NCBI GenBank assembly: GCA_964636105.1
Contig: CAZWRD010000004.1
Location: forward strand, 1 to 52,467
Direction of reading: 5' to 3'
Source: an uncultured Bacteroides sp.
Lineage (GTDB): Bacteria > Bacteroidota > Bacteroidia > Bacteroidales > JACABE01
DNA length: 52,467 nucleotides
Both the position numbers and the translations under genes were made by a program. How positions within the stretch are numbered: the first letter of the stretch is position 1; each line of letters starts with the position of its first letter. This document shows positions 41,614 through 50,788 of the stretch, in pieces. The notes under the pieces were generated by a model. It was not told the DNA's origin and did no database searches. It saw only the letters and a list, made by a program, of their open reading frames with translations.

Positions 41614-42354
41614 ATGAGAATCAATTTTAAAAAAATTCTAGGTATAATTTTATTATTTTGTGTAAATCATTCATTTTCACAAAATTTTGATTATTTACCA
41701 AAATCTAATTCAAACCAAGTTATTAAACACTCATATTATACACTTTCATATTCAGAAGAATTTGAGCAAGCTGAATGGGTTGCTTATATGATCACTTCTG
41801 AAAGAGTAAAGGGAATGATTAAACGAAATGATAAATTTATTTCAGATCCTTTTGTTGCTAGTAAGTCTGCAAATTCTAATGATTATAAAAAATCGGGTTT
41901 CGATAGAGGACATCTTGCACCTGCGGCAGATATGAAATTTGATGAAATTGCTATGAAGGAATGTTTTTATATGAGTAATATATCACCTCAATTGCCTAGT
42001 TTTAATAGAGGAATCTGGAAAGAGCTTGAAGAAAAGCTTAGAAATTGGGCTTTAAATGAAGATACACTTTATGTAATAACAGCTGGAATATTGACAAATA
42101 TTGATAAAAGAATTGGAGAGAATAGAGTAGGGGTACCTAAATTTTTTTATAAAATAATTCTCAAATATACAAAAAATGAGACTAAAGCCATTGCTTTTTG
42201 CATACCAAATCAGAAGTCAGAAAAATCAATTTATGAATATGTTGTGAGCATTGATAAAATTGAAGAATTAACAGGTATTGATTTTTTTCCGAAATTACCT
42301 GATAAATTAGAATCAAAACTTGAAAGCCAAATAAATACGGATTTATGGAGATAA
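41614..42354 (+). CDS. secreted DNA/RNA non-specific endonuclease (beta-beta-alpha-Me, NUC1/EndoG/NucA family)
   Basis: Signal peptide 'ILGIILLFCVNHSFSQ'. Catalytic 'FDRGHLAPAAD', 'SNISPQ' and 'FNRGIW..LE'. Confidence 0.87.
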   Translation: MRINFKKILGIILLFCVNHSFSQNFDYLPKSNSNQVIKHSYYTLSYSEEFEQAEWVAYMITSERVKGMIKRNDKFISDPFVASKSANSNDYKKSGFDRGHLAPAADMKFDEIAMKECFYMSNISPQLPSFNRGIWKELEEKLRNWALNEDTLYVITAGILTNIDKRIGENRVGVPKFFYKIILKYTKNETKAIAFCIPNQKSEKSIYEYVVSIDKIEELTGIDFFPKLPDKLESKLESQINTDLWR

Positions 42355-42383
42355 AAAAAGAAGAGTTGAACTCTTCTTTTTTT
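42353..42383. terminator. bidirectional terminator between nuclease and FKBP genes
   Basis: agaagag (42359-42365) / ctcttct (42371-42377), flanked by an A-run (42353-42359) and a T-run (42377-42383). Confidence 0.6.
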
Positions 42384-42402
42384 ATTAGCATCAAAACGCA
42401 AA

Positions 42403-42990
42403 TTATTTTTTAATTTCTAACAATTCAACATCAAATATTAGTGTAGAAAATGGTGCAATTGCCTGTCCAGCACCTTGTTCTCCGTATGCTAGATTATAAG
42501 GAATATATAACTTCCATTTAGAACCAACGCTCATTAACTGTAACGCTTCTGTCCATCCTTTAATTACACCATTTACTGGGAAGCTAATTGCTTGTCCTCT
42601 TTCAACTGAACTATCAAAAACTTCACCTGAAATTAATGAGCCATGATAATGAGTTGTTACAACATCATTTATAGTTGGTTTTTCACCATTACCTTCAGTA
42701 ATTATTTCGTATTGCAAACCGCTTTCTAAAGTGATTACTCCTTCTCTTTTAGCATTTTCTTCAAGAAATGTTTTACCAACATTTATAGCCGATTCCATTG
42801 ATTTGGCTTGTAACTCAGTAAAATATTCATTTATGATTTTACCTATTTCTTCATCTTCTATTGCTAATGCATTATTTTCTAAAACATCTTTCATGGCAAG
42901 TAAAAAATCTTCAGTGCTTTCTATTGTTAATCCTTGATTTTTAATATTAAATGCAACACTTGCACCTAAACTATAACTTAATTTGTTCAT
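42403..42990 (-). CDS. FKBP-type peptidyl-prolyl cis-trans isomerase (FklB/Mip-like, no signal peptide)
   Basis: An N-terminal dimerisation-helix region is followed by the FKBP core 'VTTHYHGSLISGEVFDSS...FPVNGVIKGWTEALQLM..GSKWKLYIPYNLAYGE...I.P.STLIFDVELL'. Confidence 0.88.
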   Translation of the reverse strand: MNKLSYSLGASVAFNIKNQGLTIESTEDFLLAMKDVLENNALAIEDEEIGKIINEYFTELQAKSMESAINVGKTFLEENAKREGVITLESGLQYEIITEGNGEKPTINDVVTTHYHGSLISGEVFDSSVERGQAISFPVNGVIKGWTEALQLMSVGSKWKLYIPYNLAYGEQGAGQAIAPFSTLIFDVELLEIKK

Positions 42991-43010
42991 TTTTTTATTT
43001 TTTAAGTCGG

Positions 43011-43018
43011 CAAAGATA
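43011..43018 (-). promoter_or_regulatory. -7 promoter box (TATCTTTG on minus strand) for the FKBP gene
   Basis: Plus-strand caaagata, 21 nt upstream of the ATG at 42990. Confidence 0.4.
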
Positions 43019-43127
43019 ATCTTTTATTAAATAACTCCAAAGTTTAAACAATCTATTCTCATAATTATGAAAAAAACCATTTGATTTTCAGATTTATAAA
43101 AGTTTAAAATCTATAATTTAGTATAAA

Positions 43128-43868
43128 TTAGCGTCTTCTTCGATGTTTGCTTCTATGCTTTTTACTTCTTCCTTCATCTTCACCAAAAATGTATCCTACA
43201 GAAATAGAAAGAACTCTATGCTTTATTGACAAATTTTTCGACTCATCTGGTTCTTGATTTACCAATCCTAAGCCATATTGGAATTTCAAAAAAGTTTTAT
43301 AATATTCTATGCCAACACCAATATTTACTCCAAAATCTAGAGGCAACATCATGTTTGATGCATCCATGCCATAAGTTATATCACCTTCAGTAAAATCTGT
43401 TACATTATCAGTTGGAGTCATTGAATTATGAATTATATAAGCATTTTTATACTTTCCACCAATCCCAATAGAAAAATAGGGACCACCATAAAAATGTAAT
43501 TTTGCATCATTTAATTCAAGTTTATAAAGCAAATTTATTGGAATTTCAATATATAATGGTCTTGACTCAATACTTCCAATCATACTTATTGTATCGGTAA
43601 ATAAAATCATATTATAGTTTAAATCCTGAAAAACACCTTTTCCGCTTAAAAACACTCCTGTTTCAAAATAAAAATTGTTAGTAACTTTGAAATCGGCAAA
43701 ACCGCCAATACTAAACGAGTGAATCATTTTTGTTTCAACGCCACTACCACCTGATGTATAAGACATTGTAGCCATATTATAACCAATTCGTGGACCAAAT
43801 GACACTTGAGCATTTATTTTAAGAGAAATGGTAATAATTAATAAGAAAAGAATAATTTTGTTTTTCAT
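43128..43868 (-). CDS. outer-membrane beta-barrel protein (porin family) with polybasic C-terminal extension
   Basis: Signal peptide 'LLIITISLKINAQ' and an alternating beta-strand pattern. The terminal strand 'LSISVGYIF' is followed by 'GEDEGRSKKHRSKHRRRR'. Confidence 0.7.
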   Translation of the reverse strand: MKNKIILFLLIITISLKINAQVSFGPRIGYNMATMSYTSGGSGVETKMIHSFSIGGFADFKVTNNFYFETGVFLSGKGVFQDLNYNMILFTDTISMIGSIESRPLYIEIPINLLYKLELNDAKLHFYGGPYFSIGIGGKYKNAYIIHNSMTPTDNVTDFTEGDITYGMDASNMMLPLDFGVNIGVGIEYYKTFLKFQYGLGLVNQEPDESKNLSIKHRVLSISVGYIFGEDEGRSKKHRSKHRRRR

Positions 43869-44034
43869 TTTTATAAATTTTATTAAATAATATTTTAGTT
43901 TAAATAAATCGACAATATTACTAAATTTATTTTATCTAGCAAAGTTTTTTTTAACTCCGCTTTAATTATTTTAGTCTAATATTTTAATACACATTATACT
44001 TATTTACAGAATATTATAATTTAAAAATAGATTA

Positions 44035-44844
44035 TTATATTTTCGATTTCCAAGTAAAATATTCTTTTTCAAAAGAAATTACTGGAATTTCATCTTTAAA
44101 TATTCCGAATACACTTGCTCCGCTACCACTCATTGCTGAATATATAGCCCCATTTTCATATAATTTAGCTTTAATATGTTCTATTTGAGGATAGTTTTTA
44201 AAAACACTATTTTCAAAATCATTAGTTAATAAATCTTTCCATTTATTAATTGGCATCATTATAATATCCTTAATATCAATACTTTCATTTCTTGGCTTAA
44301 CCCATTTATAAGCATCAGGAGTACTTACATTAACAGGTGGTTTTACAATTAAAATAGAATAATTATTTAGATTTAGTTCAATTTCATTAAAAACATCACC
44401 TTTTTCACTGGCAATTACAGCTTTATTTTTTATAAAAAATGCACAATCGCTTCCTAATTGCGATGCATAATTAATTAATTCTGAATCATTTATTTTTAAA
44501 TTAAAAAAATCATTTAATAATTTCAGCATATAAGCTGCGTCTGAAGAACCACCACCAAGCCCAGCTCCATGAGGAATTGCTTTTAGTAATTCAATTTGAA
44601 TTGGAAGCAAATTATAATCTTTACACAATAATTTGTATGCTTTTATGCACAAATTTGATTCAATATTTCCTTCAATTTTTATACCTCGTATGTTTAAATG
44701 GGTTGTAGTTTTAGAAAGCGAAATTTCTAAAACATCACTTAAAGTAACTGGATAAAAAACAGTTTTAATATTATGAAACCCATCATTGCGCTTATTTTCA
44801 ATATATAAACCCAAATTGATTTTGCAATTAGGAAAACAAATCAT
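44035..44844 (-). CDS. ispE: 4-(cytidine 5'-diphospho)-2-C-methyl-D-erythritol kinase
   Basis: 'PNCKINLGL.I...R.DG.H', GHMP kinase motif 'IPHGAGLGGGSSDAA', and 'MSGSGASVFG'. Confidence 0.88.
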   Translation of the reverse strand: MICFPNCKINLGLYIENKRNDGFHNIKTVFYPVTLSDVLEISLSKTTTHLNIRGIKIEGNIESNLCIKAYKLLCKDYNLLPIQIELLKAIPHGAGLGGGSSDAAYMLKLLNDFFNLKINDSELINYASQLGSDCAFFIKNKAVIASEKGDVFNEIELNLNNYSILIVKPPVNVSTPDAYKWVKPRNESIDIKDIIMMPINKWKDLLTNDFENSVFKNYPQIEHIKAKLYENGAIYSAMSGSGASVFGIFKDEIPVISFEKEYFTWKSKI

Positions 44845-45022
44845 ATTTTTATTTTTTCTGTAAAATTAATAAATTTATCAATATTATTATTGCCTGATTT
44901 TTTTAAGAAATTGTTATGTTCTTTATGACAATTTTTTTTATATATTAAAATTTGATTGTCAAACTATTATATCAATAATTTGTTTATTCATCTTAATTTC
45001 TATTTATTCTCAATTGCATTAT

Positions 45023-45030
45023 TAACTTTG
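45023..45030 (+). promoter_or_regulatory. -7 promoter box (TAACTTTG)
   Basis: It lies 58 nt upstream of the ATG at 45088. Confidence 0.3.
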
Positions 45031-45087
45031 CAAAACAATAAATAAAAAATCAAAGAATTAATAAAACACTATAAAACAATAATATAT

Positions 45088-46170
45088 ATGAAGTTTAATA
45101 TTGGTGATAAAGTAAAATTTTTAAATTCAAGTGGTGGTGGAATTGTAACAAAGATAATAAGTTCAACAATGGTAAGTATAGCAATTGAAGATGGTTTTGA
45201 TATACCAACCTTAACGAGTGAAATTATTAAAATGGATGAAAGTTCAACTTCTGCAAAAATGTTTAGTCAAAACTATAATATCAATCATATTGAACCAGTT
45301 GCGATAAATTATCAGGAAGAAGATTCAAAGACGGGACTAATTAAATCTTACACAAATAATTCTCATCCTGCAGGTATTTATCTCGTATTTATACCTCACG
45401 ATCAAAAATGGTTAATTACAGGAGATATAGATATTTACCTTATAAATCATACTGAATTTTTTACATTGTTTAATTATACTTTATTTGGAAACAATTCAAA
45501 ATATTTCGGTATGGATTACGATGTTTTGGAACCTGAAACCAAAAAATTGATTACTACAATAGAACGTGATGAACTTGAAGAATGGAGTACAGGTAATATC
45601 CAGATCTTGTTTCATGCTGAATCAAAAGATAGATTACTATTACCTTTAAGTGCTGATTATAAAGTAAAACCAACAAGATTTTATAAAGAAGAAAATTACA
45701 TTTCTTCCTCGTTTTTAGGAGAAAAATCATTAATACTTACTATTGGGAAATTAATAGAAAATGGAGTTCATGGCAACAAAATTATGCCAAAGAAAGATGA
45801 AAATCAAAAATCAGAACTTATGCCTAAAGTTGCTGTTCAAATAAAAAGTGAGAGCATATTAGATAAACATCTATTGAATGCAAATACAGCTGAAATTGAT
45901 TTACATATAGGCGAATTGATTGGAGATTATTATCTTTTGGAGAATGCTGAAATGCTTAAAATTCAAATTGATTATTTTATAAAATGTTTAGATACTGCTT
46001 ATATCAATAAAGTATCAAAATTAATTTTTATTCATGGTGTAGGAAACGGTATTCTTAAAAATGAAATTATAAAAATTTTGAAAACTTATGATAATCTTCA
46101 TTATTTTGATGCTTCATTGGCAAAATATGGTGTTGGAGCAACTGAAGTTTATATTAATCATAATAAATAA
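45088..46170 (+). CDS. Smr (MutS2 C-terminal-like) domain protein with N-terminal domain of unknown function
   Basis: C-terminal 'EIDLHIGEL.......AEMLKIQIDYFIKCLDTAYINKVSKLIFIHGVGNGILKNEI' is a Smr nuclease-like domain. The N-terminal ~250 aa is uncharacterised (DUF2027-like by recollection). Confidence 0.72.
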   Translation: MKFNIGDKVKFLNSSGGGIVTKIISSTMVSIAIEDGFDIPTLTSEIIKMDESSTSAKMFSQNYNINHIEPVAINYQEEDSKTGLIKSYTNNSHPAGIYLVFIPHDQKWLITGDIDIYLINHTEFFTLFNYTLFGNNSKYFGMDYDVLEPETKKLITTIERDELEEWSTGNIQILFHAESKDRLLLPLSADYKVKPTRFYKEENYISSSFLGEKSLILTIGKLIENGVHGNKIMPKKDENQKSELMPKVAVQIKSESILDKHLLNANTAEIDLHIGELIGDYYLLENAEMLKIQIDYFIKCLDTAYINKVSKLIFIHGVGNGILKNEIIKILKTYDNLHYFDASLAKYGVGATEVYINHNK

Positions 46171-46300
46171 TATCACAAAACAGTGAATGATAAATTAATA
46201 ATATTTTTTTTTAGTTTGTAATCTAATAAAAATCTTGAAAATTTAAGTTTTTTTCAACCATTATTCATTATTTTTGTTGAATAATAAAAAGTAATCATAT

Positions 46301-47173
46301 ATGAGTGTACTTGTAAATAACAAATCAAAAGTGCTGGTACAAGGATTTACCGGTTCAGAAGGAACATATCATGCTTCACAGATGATAGCGTATGGTACAA
46401 ATGTAGTTGGAGGTATAACTCCTGGCAAAGGTGGGCAATACCATTTGGAACTACCTGTTTTTAATACAGTTGAGGATGCAGTTAAGCATACAAAAGCTGA
46501 TGTATCAATAATTTTTGTACCACCTGCATTTGCTGCTGATGCTATAATGGAAGCTGCTGACGCTGGTATAAAATTAATTGTTTGTATTACAGAAGGTATT
46601 CCAACTAAAGACATGGTAGCGGTAAAAGAGTATTTAAAATGTAAAGATACCCGATTAATCGGACCAAATTGTCCAGGAATTATTACCCCACCAGATACAA
46701 AAATTGGAATTATGCCTGCTTTTATACATACTCCAGGAACAATTGGCATTGTTTCTCGTTCAGGAACTTTGGCTTATGAAGCAGTTGATCAAATCACAAA
46801 AGTTGGATTAGGACAATCGACAGGAATTGGAATAGGAGGAGATCCTGTGCCAGGAACTACGATGAAAGAGGCTGTTGAACTATTTATGAACGATCCTGAT
46901 ACCGAAGCTATTGTAATGATTGGCGAAATTGGCGGAAACATGGAAACAGATGCTGCTTTATGGATTAAAGAATTTGGAACCAAGCCTGTTGTTAGTTTTA
47001 TTGCTGGTGCCACAGCTCCTAAAGGCCGAACCATGGGACATGCTGGTGCAATAGTTGGTGGAGTAGCCGATACAGCAGAAGCTAAAAAAGAAATTCTAAG
47101 AAATTGCGGTGTTTTCGTTTGTGATTCTCCAGCTGATATTGGAGTTACAATGCTTAAAGCACTTGGAAAATAA
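46301..47173 (+). CDS. sucD: succinate--CoA ligase subunit alpha
   Basis: '[14 protein letters not shown]', '[10 protein letters not shown]', 'SRSGTLAYE' and the phospho-His segment 'MGHAGAIV'. No sucC is adjacent. Confidence 0.94.
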   Translation: MSVLVNNKSKVLVQGFTGSEGTYHASQMIAYGTNVVGGITPGKGGQYHLELPVFNTVEDAVKHTKADVSIIFVPPAFAADAIMEAADAGIKLIVCITEGIPTKDMVAVKEYLKCKDTRLIGPNCPGIITPPDTKIGIMPAFIHTPGTIGIVSRSGTLAYEAVDQITKVGLGQSTGIGIGGDPVPGTTMKEAVELFMNDPDTEAIVMIGEIGGNMETDAALWIKEFGTKPVVSFIAGATAPKGRTMGHAGAIVGGVADTAEAKKEILRNCGVFVCDSPADIGVTMLKALGK

Positions 47174-47192
47174 TATTTTATGGTAAAAATAG

Positions 47193-47226
47193 AAAAAGCC
47201 TTGCTAAGTATTTAGCAAGGCTTTTT
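47193..47226 (+). terminator. rho-independent terminator
   Basis: Stem agccttgcta (47197-47206) / tagcaaggct (47213-47222), with an A-run before and T-run 47222-47226 after. Confidence 0.8.
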
Positions 47227-47319
47227 CTATATTATTTAAAAGGAAACTTAAATTCTTAATATTTTAGAATAATGTATTCTCAAAAAAATGATTAATTTTG
47301 GTTACAAAAATATCCTAAT

Positions 47320-48576
47320 ATGTATTTAAAAAACTTAATCTCTATCTTTCTATTTGTTTTTGTATTTGCATTACATTCTATTTCACAATCAGATACTGCA
47401 ATTTTTCTTAAAAATTTAATCAATAAACATACAAATTATAAAAATGTAAATGTAAATTTTATTTCAAAATCATATATAGATACTACAGCCGTTTTTTATA
47501 AAAAAGTATGGGCTTTTCAAAACAATAAAGAGTTTAAGTTAAGAGCAGAAGTATTTGATTATAATACAAATAAGTTATTATTTATTTGTTTAGTTAACGA
47601 AAAAAAAATGTTTTTTATAAATCCTGACTCAAAACGTAGTGATTTATTTACATTTAATTTAATGAAAGAGAAAGAATTAAATGATTTTTATTTTCAGATT
47701 TTAACTGATTATTTACCTTCATACCTGATAAAGGAAGGCAATAATGAAACAATAATAAATGATTTAATAGCTGATATCAGAAAAAATGAGAATATAAATT
47801 TTGAATTCATTAGTAATCAATATATTAATTCAAAATTGTGTTTTGGATATAAAATCACTGATTTTGACAAAAATAATGGCTATATAGCCGATAAAAGTGG
47901 AAATTCAAATGAAAAATATGCAGAGAAATCAGTTGAGAAAGTTTTCTTTTTTGAATCAGATTCAAACTTGATAGAACGTAATTTTATGTATTTTTATGAA
48001 AACCCAACATTAATAAGACAATCAAATGAAAAAATTGAAAACATCCAATTTAATAATGATTTAAATAAGAATTTACATTTATATGCAATTAATAACGATA
48101 CACTTAGAAATTACTTTAAAACGATTTCTAAATTTAATGGTTTTGAAATAGAAACAGAACTCGCTGATTTCTCAATTAAAAAAGCACCAGATTTTGAAGG
48201 GATTTCAGTTGATAATAAAAAATTTATTTTAAGTGAAAACAAATCAAAATATCAATTATTGGGTTTTTGGAATATAGATTGTGAAGAATGTTTAATACAG
48301 TTAAATGCATTAAATGAAGAACTTATAACAAATACACCGAAAGATTTCAGTTTTATTGCTATTAATTCAAATGAATCTTTGGATAAAGATTTGAAAGAAT
48401 TTCTTCAAAATAAAAACTTTCTTTTTCCATCTATTTTTTCAAAAAGCGCTGGTGAAAAATATTTAACAAGTAAACCTCCCTTTTATATTTTACTTGATGA
48501 AAAACAAAATATAAAAGAAATATTCTATGAATTAACGGAAGATAAATTAAATAAAATTTTTGATAAATTGAAATAA
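47320..48576 (+). CDS. secreted protein with C-terminal thioredoxin-like (TlpA/ResA-type) domain carrying a CEEC motif
   Basis: Signal peptide 'ISIFLFVFVFALHSISQ'. C-terminal 'APDFEGISVDNKKFILSE...YQLLGFWNIDCEECLIQL' parallels TlpA 'FWASWCxPC'. The N-terminal ~280 aa is unassigned. Confidence 0.6.
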   Translation: MYLKNLISIFLFVFVFALHSISQSDTAIFLKNLINKHTNYKNVNVNFISKSYIDTTAVFYKKVWAFQNNKEFKLRAEVFDYNTNKLLFICLVNEKKMFFINPDSKRSDLFTFNLMKEKELNDFYFQILTDYLPSYLIKEGNNETIINDLIADIRKNENINFEFISNQYINSKLCFGYKITDFDKNNGYIADKSGNSNEKYAEKSVEKVFFFESDSNLIERNFMYFYENPTLIRQSNEKIENIQFNNDLNKNLHLYAINNDTLRNYFKTISKFNGFEIETELADFSIKKAPDFEGISVDNKKFILSENKSKYQLLGFWNIDCEECLIQLNALNEELITNTPKDFSFIAINSNESLDKDLKEFLQNKNFLFPSIFSKSAGEKYLTSKPPFYILLDEKQNIKEIFYELTEDKLNKIFDKLK

Positions 48577-48769
48577 TATTACTAGGTATCTAATATTAGT
48601 TGAAATTGACTTTTATTACAGAATAAAGTTTCAAATCTTGCAAAATAAACAGCTTTTAATTATTAAAAAAAATCATCTTTTGATATTTCATTAAATAATA
48701 AATATTTTAAAATATACTCCAAAATTGGAATACATCAAAAAGCAAAAAAAATATTTTTTAAGTGATGCC

Positions 48770-48812
48770 AAATGATTAAATTTGTAATATTTATAAGAAA
48801 TGATTAAATTTG
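48770..48812 (+). promoter_or_regulatory. 15-bp perfect direct repeat (aaatgattaaatttg x2, 28-bp period), each copy containing a TAAATTTG -7 box, upstream of etfB
   Basis: Copies at 48770-48784 and 48798-48812. The proximal -7 box at 48805-48812 is 32 nt upstream of the ATG at 48844. Confidence 0.45.
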
Positions 48813-48843
48813 CAAACTTTTAAAGAAAACAAACCAATTATAT

Positions 48844-49716
48844 ATGAGTTTTAGAATTGTAGTTTTAGCAAAACAGGTTCCCGACACGAGAAATGTTGGA
48901 AAAGATGCAATGAAAGCTGATGGAACTGTTAACCGTGCTGCATTACCAGCTATTTACAATCCGGAAGATTTAAATGCTTTGGAAATGGCATTAGAAATAA
49001 AAAGTAAAATAAAAAATGCCGAAGTTATTGTAGTTACAATGGGACCTCCCAGAGCTGCAGAAATTATTAGAGAATCTGTTTATCGAGGAGCTGATAGAGG
49101 ATATTTGATTACAGACAGAAAGTTTGCAGGATCTGATACATTAGCAACTTCGTACGCTATTTCTTTGGCTGTTAAAAAGTTAGCCCCTTTCCATTTGGTA
49201 ATTTCAGGTCGTCAGGCTATTGACGGTGATACCGCTCAAGTAGGGCCACAAGCTGCTGAAAAGTTGGGAATTCCTCAAATTACTTATGCTGAAGAGTTTA
49301 TTGCTGCAACAGATAAAGACATAACTATAAAACGCAGATTAGAAAGAGGTATTGAAGTTGTAAAATCTTCATTACCAGCTTTAATTACAGTACATAGTTC
49401 TGCTCCTGAATGTCGTCCGCGAAATGCAAAATTGTTGATGAAATTTAAACATGCTCGAACAGTAACTGAATTACAGGAAGAAGTTAGAGATTATACTGAA
49501 CTTTTTGATAAAAGACCATACCTTCAAATTGATGAATGGACTGTAGCAGACTTGGATGCTAATGTTGAATTTCTTGGTTTATCAGGTTCACCTACAAAAG
49601 TTAAAAAAATAGAAAATGTAGTTTTGCAACAAAAGGAAACTATTCTTTTAACAGAGTCAGACAAAGATATTGAAGGTTTAATGAAAGAACTTATTGATAT
49701 TCACATTATTGGTTAA
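48844..49716 (+). CDS. etfB: electron transfer flavoprotein subunit beta (long, FixA-like form)
   Basis: 'IVVLAKQVPDT', 'NP.DLNALE.AL' and 'SGRQAIDGDTAQVGPQ.AE.LG.PQITY'. Confidence 0.9.
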   Translation: MSFRIVVLAKQVPDTRNVGKDAMKADGTVNRAALPAIYNPEDLNALEMALEIKSKIKNAEVIVVTMGPPRAAEIIRESVYRGADRGYLITDRKFAGSDTLATSYAISLAVKKLAPFHLVISGRQAIDGDTAQVGPQAAEKLGIPQITYAEEFIAATDKDITIKRRLERGIEVVKSSLPALITVHSSAPECRPRNAKLLMKFKHARTVTELQEEVRDYTELFDKRPYLQIDEWTVADLDANVEFLGLSGSPTKVKKIENVVLQQKETILLTESDKDIEGLMKELIDIHIIG

Positions 49717-49750
49717 TTAAATTTTTTACTGAATAAATATTTTAATAAAT

Positions 49751-50773
49751 ATGAATAACATTTTTGTTTATTGCGAAGTTACTGAAGAAGGTTTAATTGC
49801 CGATGTAAGTTTAGAATTGCTTTCAAAAGGACGCAAACTTGCTAATGAGTTAAATATCAAATTGGAAGCTGTCGTAATTTGTGATCAAATTCAAAATATT
49901 GAAAATCAAATATATCCATTTGGAGTAGATGTAATTCACATTGCACAGGATGCCAGATTATTTCCTTATACAACTTTGCCACACGCTTCTATTGTTGTAA
50001 ATCTTTTTAAAGAAGAAAAACCTGAAATTGCCTTGTTTGGAGCAACTTCAATAGGCAGAGATCTTGCTCCTAGAGTTGCTTCGTCATTAAGATGCGGATT
50101 AACAGCAGATTGTACAAGTTTGGAAATTGGTGATCATACTGAAAACAAAACCCAGAAACTTTATAAAAACTTATTATATCAAATTCGCCCGGCTTTTGGT
50201 GGCAATATTATTGCTACTATCATAAATCCTGATACTCGTCCTCAAATGGCGACTGTAAGAGAAGGAGTTATGAAAAAAGAAGAATTTTCAACTACCTATA
50301 AAGGAAAACTTAAAAAATTGAGTATCGAAAAATATTTAAAAGATGATGATTTTTTAGTTGAAATTTTAGAAAGACATGTAGAACAGCAAAAAATTAACAT
50401 TAAAGGTGCACAAATCATAGTAGCAGGCGGTTATGGAGTTGGTTCAAAAGAAAATTTTCAATTATTACATCATTTAGCTGAAGCAATTGGAGGTGAAGTA
50501 GGAGCAACCAGAGCTGCTGTGGATGCCGGAATGGTTGAACATTCAAGACAAATCGGACAAACCGGTGTAACTGTTCGTCCAAAATTGTATATTGCATGTG
50601 GTATTTCAGGTGCGGTTCAACATAGAGCAGGAATGGATCAAAGTTCAAAAATCATTTCAATAAATAACGATCCTAAAGCTCCGATTAATAAAATTGCCGA
50701 TTATACAATTATAGGTAGTGTTGGTGATATTTTACCAAAAATGATTAAGTATTATAAAGAAAATTCAAAATAA
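49751..50773 (+). CDS. etfA: electron transfer flavoprotein subunit alpha
   Basis: 'GRDLAPRVA', 'RPAFGGNI.ATI', 'VAGGYGVGS' and 'GQTG..V.PKLYIACGISGAVQH..GM'. Confidence 0.9.
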   Translation: MNNIFVYCEVTEEGLIADVSLELLSKGRKLANELNIKLEAVVICDQIQNIENQIYPFGVDVIHIAQDARLFPYTTLPHASIVVNLFKEEKPEIALFGATSIGRDLAPRVASSLRCGLTADCTSLEIGDHTENKTQKLYKNLLYQIRPAFGGNIIATIINPDTRPQMATVREGVMKKEEFSTTYKGKLKKLSIEKYLKDDDFLVEILERHVEQQKINIKGAQIIVAGGYGVGSKENFQLLHHLAEAIGGEVGATRAAVDAGMVEHSRQIGQTGVTVRPKLYIACGISGAVQHRAGMDQSSKIISINNDPKAPINKIADYTIIGSVGDILPKMIKYYKENSK

Positions 50774-50788
50774 TAAAACGAGAATATA

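Noticed and set aside
46369-47034. Two antisense ORFs (126 aa and 81 aa) inside sucD
   Set aside because: These are shadow ORFs opposite a highly conserved, unambiguous gene. The translations are Pro/Gly/Ile-rich mirror sequences with no motif.
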